Positions 11,106 to 24,289 of a stretch of DNA of 64,000 nt are shown here, piece by piece. The notes beneath the pieces were generated by a model, which worked only from the letters and a program-made list of their open reading frames with translations, searched no databases and had not been told where the DNA came from. The position numbers and the translations under genes were made by a program. The DNA is from Mobula hypostoma (lineage: Eukaryota). The stretch is from contig NC_086108.1 in the NCBI RefSeq assembly GCF_963921235.1, positions 66,590,001-66,654,000 on the forward strand, given 5' to 3'. The stretch's first letter is position 1. Each line of letters starts with the position of its first letter.

Positions 11106-11470
11106 GAATTGAAGCCTCCTTGAAGTAGGTGGGTACCTCAGACTACTGAAGTGAGACATTAAAGATATCAGTGAACACTCCAGCCAGTTGAATAGCACAG
11201 GTCTTCAGTGCTCGGCCAGGTACCCCGCCTGGGCCAGATGCTTTCCACTGGTTCACCCTCCTGAAGTATGTGCTCACATCTGCCTCAGAGACTGAAATCA
11301 CAGGGTCACTGGGGTTCATACAAGAGATCCATTCTAGAGTCCGATAACAGTGGGATAGAAATTGCCCTTGAGGATAGTGGTACATGTTTTCAGGCTTTTG
11401 TATCTTCTGCTTGATGGGAGAGGGGAGAAGAGAGAATGTCTGGGGCGGGTAGGGTTTTTGGATATGAAAG
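11106..11470 (-). mobile_element. Rex1/Babar-type LINE fragments
   Basis: VSEADVSTYFRRVNQWKASGPGGVPGRALKTCAIQLAGVFTDIFNVSLQ (pre-RT region) plus an ORF2 C-terminal piece. Confidence 0.75.
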
Positions 11471-12671
11471 TGCAGGACTGCTGTGAAGAAGGAAACCTCA
11501 AACTTCTTGGCAGATGTTCTCTGATGAGTATGTGTTCTGTGTTGCTTTTATATTAAGTTTTGGAAGAAATAATGGCTTGATTAATTTTTTTTTGTATTGA
11601 TGAATGTTATAGAAAACTGAGAGTTTTAATAGCAGGATAAGATTGGGCCTTTGGTTAGCCACCTGTCCGATTACTTCCTATTTCCATAGGCATGGCAGGT
11701 GCTTGAAAAGGGAACTGGGAACTCACTGCTTTTTATCTGTGAAGATATTGGAGCAGTACAAGTCAGCAGGAATTGCCTTACAATCTAATAAACCTTAATT
11801 GACCTGTGATCTACCATTCTAATCAGGAATTTTTAGAAACTGGGGAAAATGCAACATTCACTTAAATAATTGACTTATTGTCAATTAGCAAATCAGTTTA
11901 AATAAACTAGAGACTGAAGAGAAGGGAGTGTAAGCATCTGGTAAAAGCAGGAAAAAAAATGTCTAAGATGCTGCTACTACACAGGAAATAGCAAACCGGT
12001 GAGGCTCCTCTGAATTACAGAGAAGATCCTGGAACTACAGCAGTTTAAGTAGCTGGGGAAGGGGCAGACATTTCTGTGGCTTCAAATATCTCTTAGGATT
12101 GATATATCATCCCTCAGAAGGCAAAGTGAAAGCTGTTGATTGGAGACTGTGTCTGTGTGTTGTGGAAAGCATTTGACGGAGGAGGAACAGTCAGTGGTTG
12201 CTGTTCACATCAGTACCAATTGTACAGATAGTCGAGCAGTCTAATTCTGAGAGCAATGAAAGAGATTAAAAAACAAAACCTCAAAGGCCGAAGTATGCAG
12301 AATATTTCTGGTATTGAATGATACCAAAGGCTTATGCAGATAAATGCAAGGCTGGAGGAATGGCCACTGAGAAAGTCTTTAGATTCCTGTGGCATTGATA
12401 TTGGTTTGAGGTGAGGGGTGGGGGTGGGAAATAGACCTTTATATGCCATATGGGTTTGCACCTCAAAGAGACCAGGAGTCTCTTGCTGCAAGAAGATTTG
12501 CCTGTCCTGTTGGGAAGGTTTAAATTCAAGAGGGCAAAAGAAACTAGAATGCATATTTAGGAAGGAGAAAATCGAGTCTGCTAATCAGTGAGTTTGGAAG
12601 ATGGAAGAAACAAAGTAGAATAAGTGCATAAATTCAGAATTAAGGAGTTTAGCTGTACTGAGTAGGATGTA

Positions 12672-15600
12672 CACTCAGTGGCCATTTTATTCAGCACACC
12701 TGCTCATTAATGTAAATATCGAATCAGCCAATAATGTAGCAGCAACCCAACGCATAAAAGCACTCAGACGTGGTCCAGAAATACAGTTGTTCAGAACAAA
12801 CATCAGAATGGGGAAGAAATGTGATCCAAATTACTATGACCATGGAATGATTGGTGGTGTTCGATGGGATGGTTTATCTCGGAAATTGCTTATCTCTTGA
12901 GATTTTCACACACAACGGTCTCTGAATTTACAGAGAATAGAAACATAGAAAATAGGTGCAGGAGTAGGCCATTCGGCCCTTCGAGTCTGCACCGCCATTT
13001 ATTATGATCATGGCTGATCATCCAACTCAGAACCGCGCCCCAGCCTTCCCTCCATACCCCCTGACCCCTGTAGCCACAAGGGCCATATCTAACTCCCTCT
13101 TAAACATAGCCAATGAACTGGCCTCAACAGTTTCCTGTGGCAGAGAATTCCACAGATTCACCACTCTCTGTGTGAAGAAGTTTTTCCTAATCTCGGTCCT
13201 AAAAGGCTTCCCCTCTATCCTCAAACTGTGACACCTCGTTCTGGACTTCCCCAACATCGGGAACAATCTTCCTGCATCTAGTCTGTCCAATCCCTTTAGG
13301 ATCTTATACGTTTCAATCAGATCCCCCCTCAATCTTCTAAATTCCAATGAGTACAAGCCCAGTTCATCCAGTCTTTCTTCATATGAAAGTCCTGCCATCC
13401 CAGGAATCAATCTGGTGAACCTTCTTTGTACTCCCTCTATGGCAAGGATGTCTTTCCTCAGGTTAGGGGACCAAAACTGCACACAATACTCCAGGTGTGG
13501 TCTCACCAAGGCCTTGTACAACTGCAGTAGTACGTCCCTGCTCCTGTACTCGAATCCTCTCGCTATAAATGCCAGCATACCATTCGCCTTTTTCACCGCC
13601 TGCTGTACCTGCATGCCCACTTTCAATGACTGGTGTATAATGACACCCAGGTCTCGTTGCACCTCCCCTTTTCCTAATCGGCCACCATTCAGATAATAAC
13701 CTGTTTTCCTATTTTTGCCACCAAAGTGGATAACTTCACATTTATCCACATTAAATTGCATCTGCCATGAGTTTGCCCACTCACCCAACCTATTCAAGTC
13801 ACCCTGCATCCTCTTAGCATCCTCCTCACTGCTAACACTGCCACCCAGCTTCGTGTCATCCGCAAACTTGGAGATGCTGCATTTAATTCCCTCATCCAAG
13901 TCATTAATATATATTGTAAACAACTGGGGTCCCAGCACTGAGCCTTGCGGTACCCCACTAGTCACCGCCTGCCATTCTCAAAAGGTCCCGTTTATTCCCA
14001 CTCTTTGCTTCCTGTCTGCTAACCAATTCTCCACCCACACCAATACCTTACCCCCAATACCGTGTGCTTTAAGTTTGCACACTAATCTCCTATGTGGGAC
14101 CTTGTCAAAAGCCTTTTGAAAATCCAAATATACCACATCCACTGGTTCTCCCCTATCCACTCTACTAGTTACATCCTCAAAAAATTCTATGAGATTCGTC
14201 AGACATGATTTTCCTTTCACAAATCCATGCTGACTTTGTCCGATCATTTCACCGCTTTCCAAATGTGCTGTTATCACATCCTTGATAACTGACTCCAACA
14301 GTTTCCCCACCACCGACGTTAGGCTAACCGGTCTATAATTCCCCGGTTTCTCTCTCCCTCCTTTTTTAAAAAGTGGGGTTACATTAGCCACTCTCCAATC
14401 CTCAGGAACTAGTCCAGAATCTAACGAGTTTTGAAAAATTATCACTAATGCATCCACTATTTCTTGGGCTACTTCCTTAAGCACTCTGGGATGCAGACCA
14501 TCTGGCCCTGGGGATTTATCTGCCTTCAATCCCTTCAATTTACCTAACACCACTTCCCTACTAACATGTATTTCACTCATTTCCTCCATCTCACTGGACC
14601 CTCTGTCCCTTACTATTTCTGGAAGATTATTTATGTCCTCCTTAGTGAAGACAGAACCAAAGTAATTATTCAATTGGTCTGCCATGTCCTTGCTCCCCAT
14701 AATCAATTCACCTGTTTCTGTCTGCAGGGGACCTACATTTGTCTTTACCAGTCATTTCCTTTTTACATATCTGTAAAAGCTTTTACAGTCCGTTTTTATG
14801 TTCCCCGCCAGTTTTCTCTCATAATCTTTTTTCCCCTTCCTAATTAAGCCCTTTGTCCTCCTCTGCTGAACTCTGAATTTCTCCCAGTCCTCAGGTGAGC
14901 CACTTTCTCTGGCTAATTTGTATGCTACTTCTTTGGAATTGATACTATCCCTAATTTCTCTTGTCAGTCACGGGTGTACTACCTTCCTTGATTTATTCTT
15001 TTGCCAAACTGGGATGAACAATTGTTGTAGTTCATCCATGCAACCTTTAAATGCTTGCCATTGCATATCCACCGTCAATCCTTTAAGTGTCATTTGCCAG
15101 TCTATCTTAGCTAATTCACGTCTCATACCTTCAAAGTTACCCCTCTTTAAGTTCAGAACCTTTGTTTCTGAATTAACTATCTCACTCTCCATATTAATGA
15201 AGAATTCCACCATATTATGTTCACTCTTACCCAAGGGGCCTCTGACGACAAGATCGCTAATTAACCCTTCCTCATTGCTCAAAACCCAGTCCAGAATAGC
15301 CTGCTCTCTAGTTAGTTCCTCGACATGTTGGTTCAAAAAACCATCCCGCATACATTCCAAGAAATCCTCTTCCTCAGCACCTTTACCAATTTGGTTCACC
15401 CAGTCTACATGTAGATTGAAGTCACCCATTATAACTGCTGTTCCTTTATTGCACACATTTCTAATTTCCTGTTTAATACCATCTCCGACCTCACTACTAC
15501 TGTTAGGTGGCCTGTACACAACTCCCACCAGCGTCTTCTAGTGCAAAAAAAAAAGAAAACATCCCGTGAGTGTTAATGAGAGAAGTCAGAGGAGAATGGC

Positions 15601-15795
15601 CAAACTGGTTCAAGCTGACAGGATGGTGACAGTAACTTAAACAACCACACGTTACAAGAGTGTGTAGAATAGCATCTCTAAATGCACAATGCATTGAACA
15701 TTGAAATGGATGGCTACAACAGCAGAGGACCATGAACTTAAATTCTGTGGCCAATTTATTATGTATAGGAGGTACCTAATAAAGTGGCCACTGAC
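12672..15795 (+). mobile_element. Internally deleted Tc1/mariner element split by a CR1 insertion
   Basis: TIRs TA|cactcagtggccattttatt (12672) and aataaagtggccactga (~15778-15794). Transposase N-terminal relic MGKKCDPNYYDHGMIGGVRWDGLS continues after 15539. Confidence 0.85.
12939..15538 (-). mobile_element. Young 5'-truncated CR1 LINE (partial APE endonuclease plus RT)
   Basis: Single reading frame 15528-13027 with three nonsense codons (14968, 14752, 13978). Motifs IMGDFN, YRPVSLTSVVGKLLE, YLDFQKAFDKVPH, GVPQGSVLGP and KFADDTK. The tail is tagaaacatagaaa. Confidence 0.97.
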
Positions 15796-16134
15796 TACTT
15801 CAACGTCTAAGGAATAACACAGATCAGCTGAGGGCACAGAATGATATATGTAACAAAATATCTTATTGAAATATGGCATGAAGAAAGACGAGGATAACTT
15901 CCCTGGTTGAAAACTTTACATCTGAAATAGAAGACTATGCAAAGGAAGACTGTTATAATTTTGATTAAAGAAATTATTGCAGGTGTGAGGAGTACAATAT
16001 GCTTTAAAAAGGATCATCAAATAAAGCCATATATGTTGAAGAGGGAATATATGTAATCACTCTTTTGTGAGTGTGCTTATGTTAGAGTATTATAGAAGAG
16101 CATTTCTCAGAAATGTCTGCCTGTATGCTCTAGT

Positions 16135-16360
16135 GAATTCGAATTGAATTGAATTGACTTTATTTCTTACTTCCTTCACATACATGAGGAGTAAAAATCT
16201 TTACATTGAGTCTCCGTCGTTAAGGGAGGTACAGTTCCCATATCAGTCAGTGATGAAGCCAGTCAGGATGCTTTCAATTGTGCCCCTGTCAAAAGTTCTT
16301 AGGATTTGGGGCCCATACCAAACTTCCTCAACCATCTGAGATGAAAGAGGCACTGTTGTG
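16135..16360 (-). mobile_element. Rex/L2-like LINE 3' fragment with (gaatt)n tail
   Basis: gaattgaattgaattgactttatt tail. Minus-strand relic QCLFHLRWLRKFG...DRGTIESILTGFITD*YGN. Confidence 0.55.
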
Positions 16361-16619
16361 AAAGGATTTTATTTCAATTTCTCTGATATTAATTGAAATA
16401 GAAGCAATATAAAAGTCATAGAGAAGCAGAAATACTAAAACAAATTCAAGAGAACCTAGTTAGCTAATGTACAGCAAGGCAGCAAGAGGGTAAGCTAATG
16501 CTGTCCTTACTTTTAGAAAGTGAGTCTTCACAGCCAAAGCTAGTTTAATTTAGTAAAAAAAAATTGGATAGGAATAACCTGGTTCAATTCAATTTAGCAG
16601 TTGTGGTAAAGGAGGTTGA

Positions 16620-16765
16620 TGAAGTCCAGACCTGATGAAGGGCCTCGGCCCAAAATGTCTACTATACTCTTTTTCATAGATGCTGCCTGGTCTGCTGAGT
16701 TCCTCTAGCATTTTGTGTGTGTTACTCTAGATTTCCAGCATCTGCAGATTTTTTCTTGTTTGTGA
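16620..16765 (+). mobile_element. Penelope-like terminal repeat (solo)
   Basis: cctgatgaagggcctcggccc...gatgctgcctggtctgctgagttcctctagcattttgtgtgtg, same family as 10516-10610. Confidence 0.75.
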
Positions 16766-17635
16766 TGATTACACATACAGTTTTGACTTCAGCAGAGGAT
16801 TAACAAAATATTTTTAGAGAAAGAAACTTTATAGAAACAGCTGGGAAAAGGATCTACAGAAAGACAGTACAGGTTTGTTGTGATCATTGGCCTCTGTGCT
16901 GTAATATTCTTTCAATAATTCTGTAAGGATATGGGTAGACTGGGAATAAAAGTTTCAAGCAGGCTGAAACTAACTTTACCTAGCTGATTTAGTTTTTTAA
17001 TAAAACCTTTGGAAACAACTCCTTGAAGGTATACCAGAGTTGTGGTGGGTCTTGAAGAAGAAGGCAGTGCAAGTTTGATACGGATATTTTCCCAGCAAGA
17101 AAAGGTTGTAATTGTCAAACACTTGTCCTCTTGCTCTACCTGGATGTTAACATGCATAGAAAGGATTAGGACCAAGGAGGAAAAAGAAGCTTCATCAGTC
17201 ACTGAGACTATAATGCTGTAGAAAATTTAGGTATAGTAAATATAAACAGTTCTGGGAGTAAAGCCAAAATAAAATCAAGTAGCAGAGTAGAGATGAAAAA
17301 TATTGCGGCTAAGTCAAGAGATACATTAGTAGAATTAGGGAGATAGGGAGTAAACTAAAAGAATGAACAATGACTAGTAGGTGTGGATTCAAAGCAATGT
17401 AGAAAGGTTACAGGGAAGTGAAGCAAAATTGATATCGGGTAGGGGATGGTGAGGACTTGAAACACTTTGTCATAGATGAAGAAAGCTAGAAATTATCAGT
17501 GTATCTTGATGTTAGTTGGCTTTGCATTTGAAATGCCATAAACTACAAGAACAGAAAAGTGGGAATGGGTTAAATGACAATATGGGGTTACAGTTTGTGA
17601 TGGTATTGGGGTTTGCTGACTGTAAAGTTCTAAAC

Positions 17636-17704
17636 CAGGGGTTCCCAACCCTTTTTATATCATGGACCCTTATCATTAACTGAGGGTTTTGTTTAAAACC
17701 CCTG
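17636..17704. mobile_element. Tiny hAT-type MITE
   Basis: Ends caggggttccc...aaaacccctg with 8-bp flanks ttctaaac/ttttaaac (TSD with one mismatch). Confidence 0.65.
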
Positions 17705-18039
17705 TTTTAAACTCAAATGGAGATCTTAAGCCCTATCTGATGTAGAGAGCTACAGATACCCTCTGTAAATGAAGGTTATACTGTAGTCACCAACTCTTCA
17801 AAGGTTTCTCCTGTTTATCTTCCATGCCAAGTTTAGCTGCCAATAGCCATTATCTGAGCAGTGGCACCCCCCTCCCAACCAAGGAAGGGATTGTTTCAAC
17901 TAACAAAGTAGTTTAAACACATTTCATTTATTTTTAGTGATACACATTTAAATTTAGATAAAATTCTGAAAACACATTTAAAATTTACAGAAGACTTCTG
18001 TCTTATAAAAGATTTCCCAGTGGACAGTGAATATCCATC

Positions 18040-18395
18040 ACACAAGTTGCCTTCCTGTTCCAGGGATCTAGTTTTGATCCTGACCAGGGGTGTTTTGTGG
18101 AGTTGCCAAACCCTTTCCGTGACCTTGTAGGGTTCTGTTTTCTTTCCTTAACCAAAGCACATGCTGGAAGGTTATTTGACTACTGTAATTTACCCCTAAT
18201 GTAGGTCATAGCAGAAGGATTGCAGCTGATGAGTATTTTCAGGGACAATAGATTACCATTAGATATAGGAACAGAATTAGGCCATTTCACCCACTGAGGT
18301 CTGCTCTGCCAGGGAAATACCTGGAGAACATGATTGAGAGCTGGCATAGACTAGATAGGTCGAATGCCTTTTTTATATACTGTGACAAAATGTGA
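18040..18395 (+). mobile_element. Degenerate tRNA-derived V-SINE-like repeat with a CR1 tail fragment
   Basis: gtggagttg...ccgtgacc...ccaaag...gtaatttacccctaatgtagg pattern. Confidence 0.45.
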
Positions 18396-19879
18396 AGTAA
18401 TATCTGATGAACAGAGCGTGAGTCAACGTTTACACACTGAGCTGGGTAGCCTTCTCCTGTGCTGGAAATTTCCATAATTCTATGAATTTTCTCCCCTTCA
18501 CTAAGGAATTTTGCACAAGAACTGTGTAATGGTCTTATTTCTCCTGGTTATGTTAACGTTTTAACTTTAACATACAATAGATTATTATTACCTTATTAAT
18601 TTATTGTTACAGCCACTAACACTGGCTGTATGTTTTACTGCACACCTATCAAATCTCATTCTCACAAATACCTAGATTTTATATGATGACAGTGGTAGAC
18701 AAAAATCCTCAACCCTATTTTCCTGAAAGAGATAAAAATTTGGCTAAACTTCCTTCATGTAAGGATTTTTAGTAAACTTTACGTAGTTGACTCCAAAAGG
18801 ATCCATACACTACCAGACTGTTCATCTTTTTCCTGTGTTTAAGATTTTATTTTAGACAAATACACTGCTATAATTAGTTGCATAACAGTGACCATATTAG
18901 TAAAGCACTGGAAGACTTGAGTAGTTTGATAATGTCAAGTGAATGCCCAGGAGTACAAGATCCTGAAGAAGATGCTGCATGCTAGTCAGTCTAGAAAGAG
19001 ATGTAGGGTATTCTGCAGATCTCAGAGTGCTGGCAATTATTTGGGATCTCTGTGGATGATTGGAAAGGGAATACAGAGGTTGGTGGATTGGTGGTCAAGA
19101 AATTGCATATGTTAGAAATGAAATAATATCAGACTGTAAGAAATACAGCAAATCAGGCAGCACCTCTGGAAAGAGGTTTCAGGTTGAAGATGCTGAGCAT
19201 GTCCAACATTTTTTCAGCAAGTGCAGTAGGTATAGTTATCATGGTTTGGAAGCTGTCTGGAGACAGAGAATAATGCTTATGCCTTTTTGCTCATTTAGTT
19301 AGTTGGCTAATTGATCAATTTCCCTTCTGTTTTTATAATCTTAAGTACGAATTACTCAGTTCAAACTGATTGGAAATGACAAAACTATTGAAAATTCTTA
19401 TTTTCATCTAATTTCATCAAATAATTAAGACACATGGGTGGCGGCAAACTTCCTCTGGATAATTCCCTATTAGAATCATTGGTAGTTAAAGTCATGAATC
19501 TCTAAGTAGAGCTGGATCTCCTTTGCGTGTTATATGTAACAAATTGATAATCCTTTTGAAAGTTAAATAGAGCACACAGCAAATCTTCCCTCTGTGTATT
19601 TTAACATATTCTATGTTTCTGAACTCTCTTACTAATTCTCATTTACACAAGTTGTGAGTGCATAAGGTACCAAAAATTGTCAGCAGTAATCTTAAAAATG
19701 TTTTAAACCACATCTTAGATGGTTTTAAAGTGCACTTGTCAATTTTGAGTGATGAGTTGGAGTTTTGTAATTAAAAGTACTAGGTTAATATTACAAGATC
19801 TTTGCTACAACACACAAAAGATGAAAAGGGAGGAAACTGATTTATTCCATTGTATGTCTTATCCTTTTATAAAAGGAAT

Positions 19880-20420
19880 CTGGAATTCATTGCTGCAGAT
19901 GGCTGTGGAGGCTAAGTCATTGAGATAGATAGGTTCTTGATTTGTAAGGGTGTCAAAAATTACTGAGAGAAGGCAGGAGAATGGGTTTGAGAGGAGTAAT
20001 AAATCAGCCATGATGGAATGGTGGAGCAGACTTGATGGGTTGAATTGCCAAATTCTGCTCCTATGTTTTGTGGTCTATTGGAGCACGTCTGGCTTTGAAG
20101 ACAGCCCAAAGCAGTGGCGTCTTTAACTCGAACATGAAAAAAATCTGCAGATGCTAGAAATCCAAAGCAACACACACAGAATGCAGGAGGAACTCAGCAA
20201 GCCAGGCAGCATCCATGGAAAAGAGTAAACAGTCGATGTTCTGGGTTGAGACCCTTTAACTCTACTGGTTGTAGAGCATATATAAGAAGTTTAAGCAGAC
20301 TAAAAAAAAACTCAGGACTGATGCAAAGTCTTGACCTGAATATCTAATTAACTTTTTGCTGCCTGATCTACTGAGTTGCTCTAGCAGTTTGTTTTCTTTC
20401 AGTCTCGTATCTCTAAATCT
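19880..20420. mobile_element. CR1 3' end (+) followed by Penelope-like terminal repeats
   Basis: tctggaattcattgc...ggctgtggaggctaagtcattg...gcagacttgatgggttgaattgcc, then tctgcagatgctagaaatcc...gaggaactcagcaagccaggcagcatc. Confidence 0.7.
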
Positions 20421-22519
20421 ACCTAACCCAAGCCCAAATAAATACAGACCATAGCACAAGAGCTTCCCATGTAGAATGGATATAAAAGTTGTACCCGAAT
20501 AAGCTTTTATTCAGTCATGTTATTCAGCTAAAAAGGAAGATTTACTTTCCCTTTGGCCAGTGACTTATAACTGCCACTATGTTGCTGAATGCCAAATGGC
20601 ACTGATTCTTTTTTCTCTCGCAGACATTTACATTTTTCATTGTGGATTTCCTTTTAAGATGTTATTTCAAACTCACATGTTATTGTTGGAAAACCATTTA
20701 TGATTGCAACATAAAGATACTTTGTGAAATCAAAGAAATGTCATGCTTAGTAAAATCGGCAGTCTTGCCTTGTTAATACTGCCTTCTGTCACAAGGTGGC
20801 AGCAAGAGCATCATTTTTAAGGAACTTTCTGATGCATTTGAGAATCTCAGGAGATAGTTATGAAATTATAATGATTTATTGACTCTTTATATTATCTTTT
20901 TTTCCCAAAAACAAAATCACAATTTTGTGACAAGTACAGTCACATGAACTGTAAACAAAGTAATTCTTGATCAGGTTTGGTATGCTTCTACATTCATATG
21001 ATTAATGCAAACTATGGCCATATTTACATTGAACATGTTAATTCCATTCTATCATTCTGTCTGGAATGAATCAGTCTGTCTGAATCCCTAACACTTTTCC
21101 ACTGAATACAACCAGGAATTATAATTTTCAAACTTCATAATATTAAAACATCGACATCGCCACCCAATTTGTGATTATGTTAAGTGAAAAAATGCAAAAT
21201 GGTTCCATGGGTAGAAATTTTAATGGTTCAAGCATGATTTTTAAATAGCAAATAATTAAAATATTTCTGTCAAATAAAGTTACCTTTTACAGGGCAAATT
21301 TGAATAATATTTACGTAATAACATGTTAATGGAATTGTAAAACCGGTGAACCTCTGGCAAATGCAAATGCCCGAATTCAACAGCTTATTAAGCCACATCT
21401 CCATGTAAGTAGGGCCATTGATATATAGCTAAAAAGAAGAAAAAAATACTGAGTGAGCTTCTGTACTTACATTCTACAAGAATACAAAATGTTTAAATCA
21501 GTTATAATATCTATAAACACATTGAATTAAATTTATAAGATCCTTTCATTAACGCTCACTATGGAGTCAATCCACTTCCTCTTACCATCTTGCCTTTTTC
21601 TGCAAAACTTTGACTTGGTTGTATTACCCTAATACTTATTTCTGATTTGTTACAATACAGCATTACATTACACTAAAAAAATAATATTTCTGGAAAAAAT
21701 AACATTAATAGAATCTTTTACAACAATGTGCTGAGAAAAGCAACAAAATATGTTACAAGTATGCCAAAACAGATGAAAAAAATAAAATATTTTGTATCTG
21801 TAATAACTTAATGCATACCAACTAATTCATAATAGTCCTTGTGTTTGGTGAGTGTACAGATCTATTCTTTACCGTAATATTTCAATATTGATAATGGTCC
21901 ATATTAAATCTTTGACAAGTAATGGAAAAGTGCAGTGACATCTCTGTAGAAGTCAACAGAATCAAAGCAAATGATCACTTCTGGCGGTTGACGTCTCGGG
22001 TTACCTTGCTGAACCTTAGTCAAGAGGATGCTTTGGAAGTTATGTAAAGCTCTTGCATTACTTTGTCATTAATTTTCTTTCCTACTGACAATTGCTCAAT
22101 ATTAAGCTCTAAACATTGACAAAATAGAAGCAATATCATCAAAGGACATGTGAAAGTTCATTAGGAACTCTCTGGACACATCACAATTTTGATCATTAAA
22201 CTCCCAGAACTAATACTTAATTGGTGATAAGAAGCAGTTAGCAAAAGTTGGACCATTTCAACAGCTTTGTTTTTGGTACTGATTTGCCTTTACTACAGGG
22301 ACTCAGATGATCTGTTTTCCCCTAATGACACACAATACTGCAAAGATGATAGCAGTCTGTGTATTTTAGGAGTGGAAAAAGGCACATATGGTATGCAATT
22401 ATAGTTTTTATTATAAAATCCTTCTGTCATTCCAAAAAGTGCCAGGCCATAGTTGGGTGTAGATCCACAAGGTGCAGAAATCTTCAAGGTTAAGGCATTA
22501 CATACAGGCACAGCATGTC

Positions 22520-23065
22520 ATTAAAAAAACTGATGGGTTGCCATTCTTTAGTGAGAGGTCTGAATACAAAAATGGGAAGGCTATGTTTTGGTTATCTTAA
22601 ACTGTGGTGAGACCACATATGGTGCAGTGTTGATCTCATCTAAAGAAGGATTTTAATGTGTTGGAAGTGTTTCAGCCAAGCTTTGTTAGACAGATACCTG
22701 AAATTGTATGCTGTCAAATGAGGAATGATCAGACAGGCTAGGTTTGTATCTGCTGGAGTTTAATAATGTGAATTTGATTGAAACATACAAAATCCTTGAG
22801 TTTTGATAAGGTAGATATGAAGGTGATGTTTCTTGTGGGGAAAATCCTGAATTCTTGGGTCACACACAATTTGAGGTGATTTTCTCTCTGAGGCACGTGA
22901 GGAACTCTCTTCCCAAGGCTCAGTGCAAACAGAGTCGTTAAATACTTTTAAGGAGAGGTAGATTCCTGACAAGTAAGTCATGGGTGGGAATCCAGAGCTG
23001 AAGTCTTAATTAAATTGCCCATGTTCTTATTAACTCATAAAGAGGTTTCAAAGTCCAAGCCTTTA
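22520..23065 (+). mobile_element. Old CR1 ORF2 3' fragment
   Basis: Degenerate GLEYK...VRPHM...LIETYKIL segments. Confidence 0.6.
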
Positions 23066-24289
23066 ATTGGTATGCTTGTGTTTTCATGAGCCTAACAGAG
23101 TTGACTGAATGGAAGGATTGCAACTGAGCAGATTCTTGCTTTGCCACCTGCTCAATCCGATGCACAACGATACCAAGAATAAAACAAAAACTCAAATTAT
23201 TGCCTTCATAATTGGGTTAAACTGAAACAAAGACACTGGCTGACTGTAAAAAATAGTATAGAACTGCCACTGTAACATGGGTGTTGTCTAGTTGTGGTGG
23301 ATTGATAAAGTGAGACTACTTTACCACCAAGGATCCTTCCTATTTATCCTAATCCCTGACAACACAGCACTGTTGCCAGAGGAGCTCGCCCACCTACTTA
23401 GAAACTGGCATGTATAGAGAAAGTCTCACTTAAAGATCAGAAAACAAAATGGCAAGATGAAAGATGTAAGGTGAGGGGCCCAGTGAGAGCAACATGAGCA
23501 AACAGAAGAGAGAGTGACACAGGAGAACATGGACGGTTTCCAGTTGGGTGCTGGCATGGAACCAATGCACTTGTTGATTTATTTTTGAGGCAAAGCCAAG
23601 AGTGAAAGGCATGCTGTGCAGTGCCTGTATTTGCCACATTGTCTGAGCCCGGAGGTACTCCACTGGAAATCTCTTTCCTGCTGCCATTTTTTTTTGTCTG
23701 ATTTATTCCATGGGGATAGTGAACTGTTTGTGGCAGCATCCTGTCAACAGCGAATGCCCTATTACAAGATATGTCTGACTAGGTGTTTGGTCTCTGAGGA
23801 GAGAAAGCAAACTAGCTGATGCACTCCTACTCTTTGTCACAAGCTTCCCCAACCCAGCAGGTTAACTTGCCATTACTTAAATGGAGGGTTATGTGGGAGT
23901 ATTTTTTATTAACTAGTTTGGCAGTAAAAAGGAACAGGAGTTCAACAAAAGTTGCTAAGTCAATCTGAGGATTTGTTGAACTGGGGAAAGGTCAAATTTA
24001 ATCATTTACCATGAATGTGGTTAAATAATGATGGACCGGAGGGTCATCACAGGATTTGGAAGTGTAAATTATCAGATGTGCTCATCAGCTGAGAAATATT
24101 CTGTAAGTAAACTTTGACACAGAAAGGGGTATCTGTGAACTTGAGAGATATTGTGAAATTATACAGACAACTATAATAAACTGTATGAAGAGAATGTTTA
24201 AAGAAATTGAAAAGGACAGATTTTCAGATCAAATTGAGTATTGCAACTAACACCATTAAAATAGTATGCAATATTTTCAGATTCAGTAA

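Larger units (their letters stand above)
11900..17600 (+). mobile_element. Old, heavily decayed CR1-like LINE (ORF1 esterase and ORF2 relics) broken by younger insertions
   Basis: EEQSVVAVHISTN (VVVHIGTND-like) near 12185 and GLHL near 12450. Degenerate EN/RT-like pieces at ~15860-16130 and ~16770-17600. Confidence 0.45.

Noticed and set aside
13004..15541. Plus-strand ORFs over the CR1
   Set aside because: They are antisense shadows of the RT frame.
21873..21943. 71-nt exon-like segment (cttctacag|...CG|gtaaag)
   Set aside because: Lies beyond the Tiki stop codon, is closed in the compatible phase and gives no recognisable peptide.
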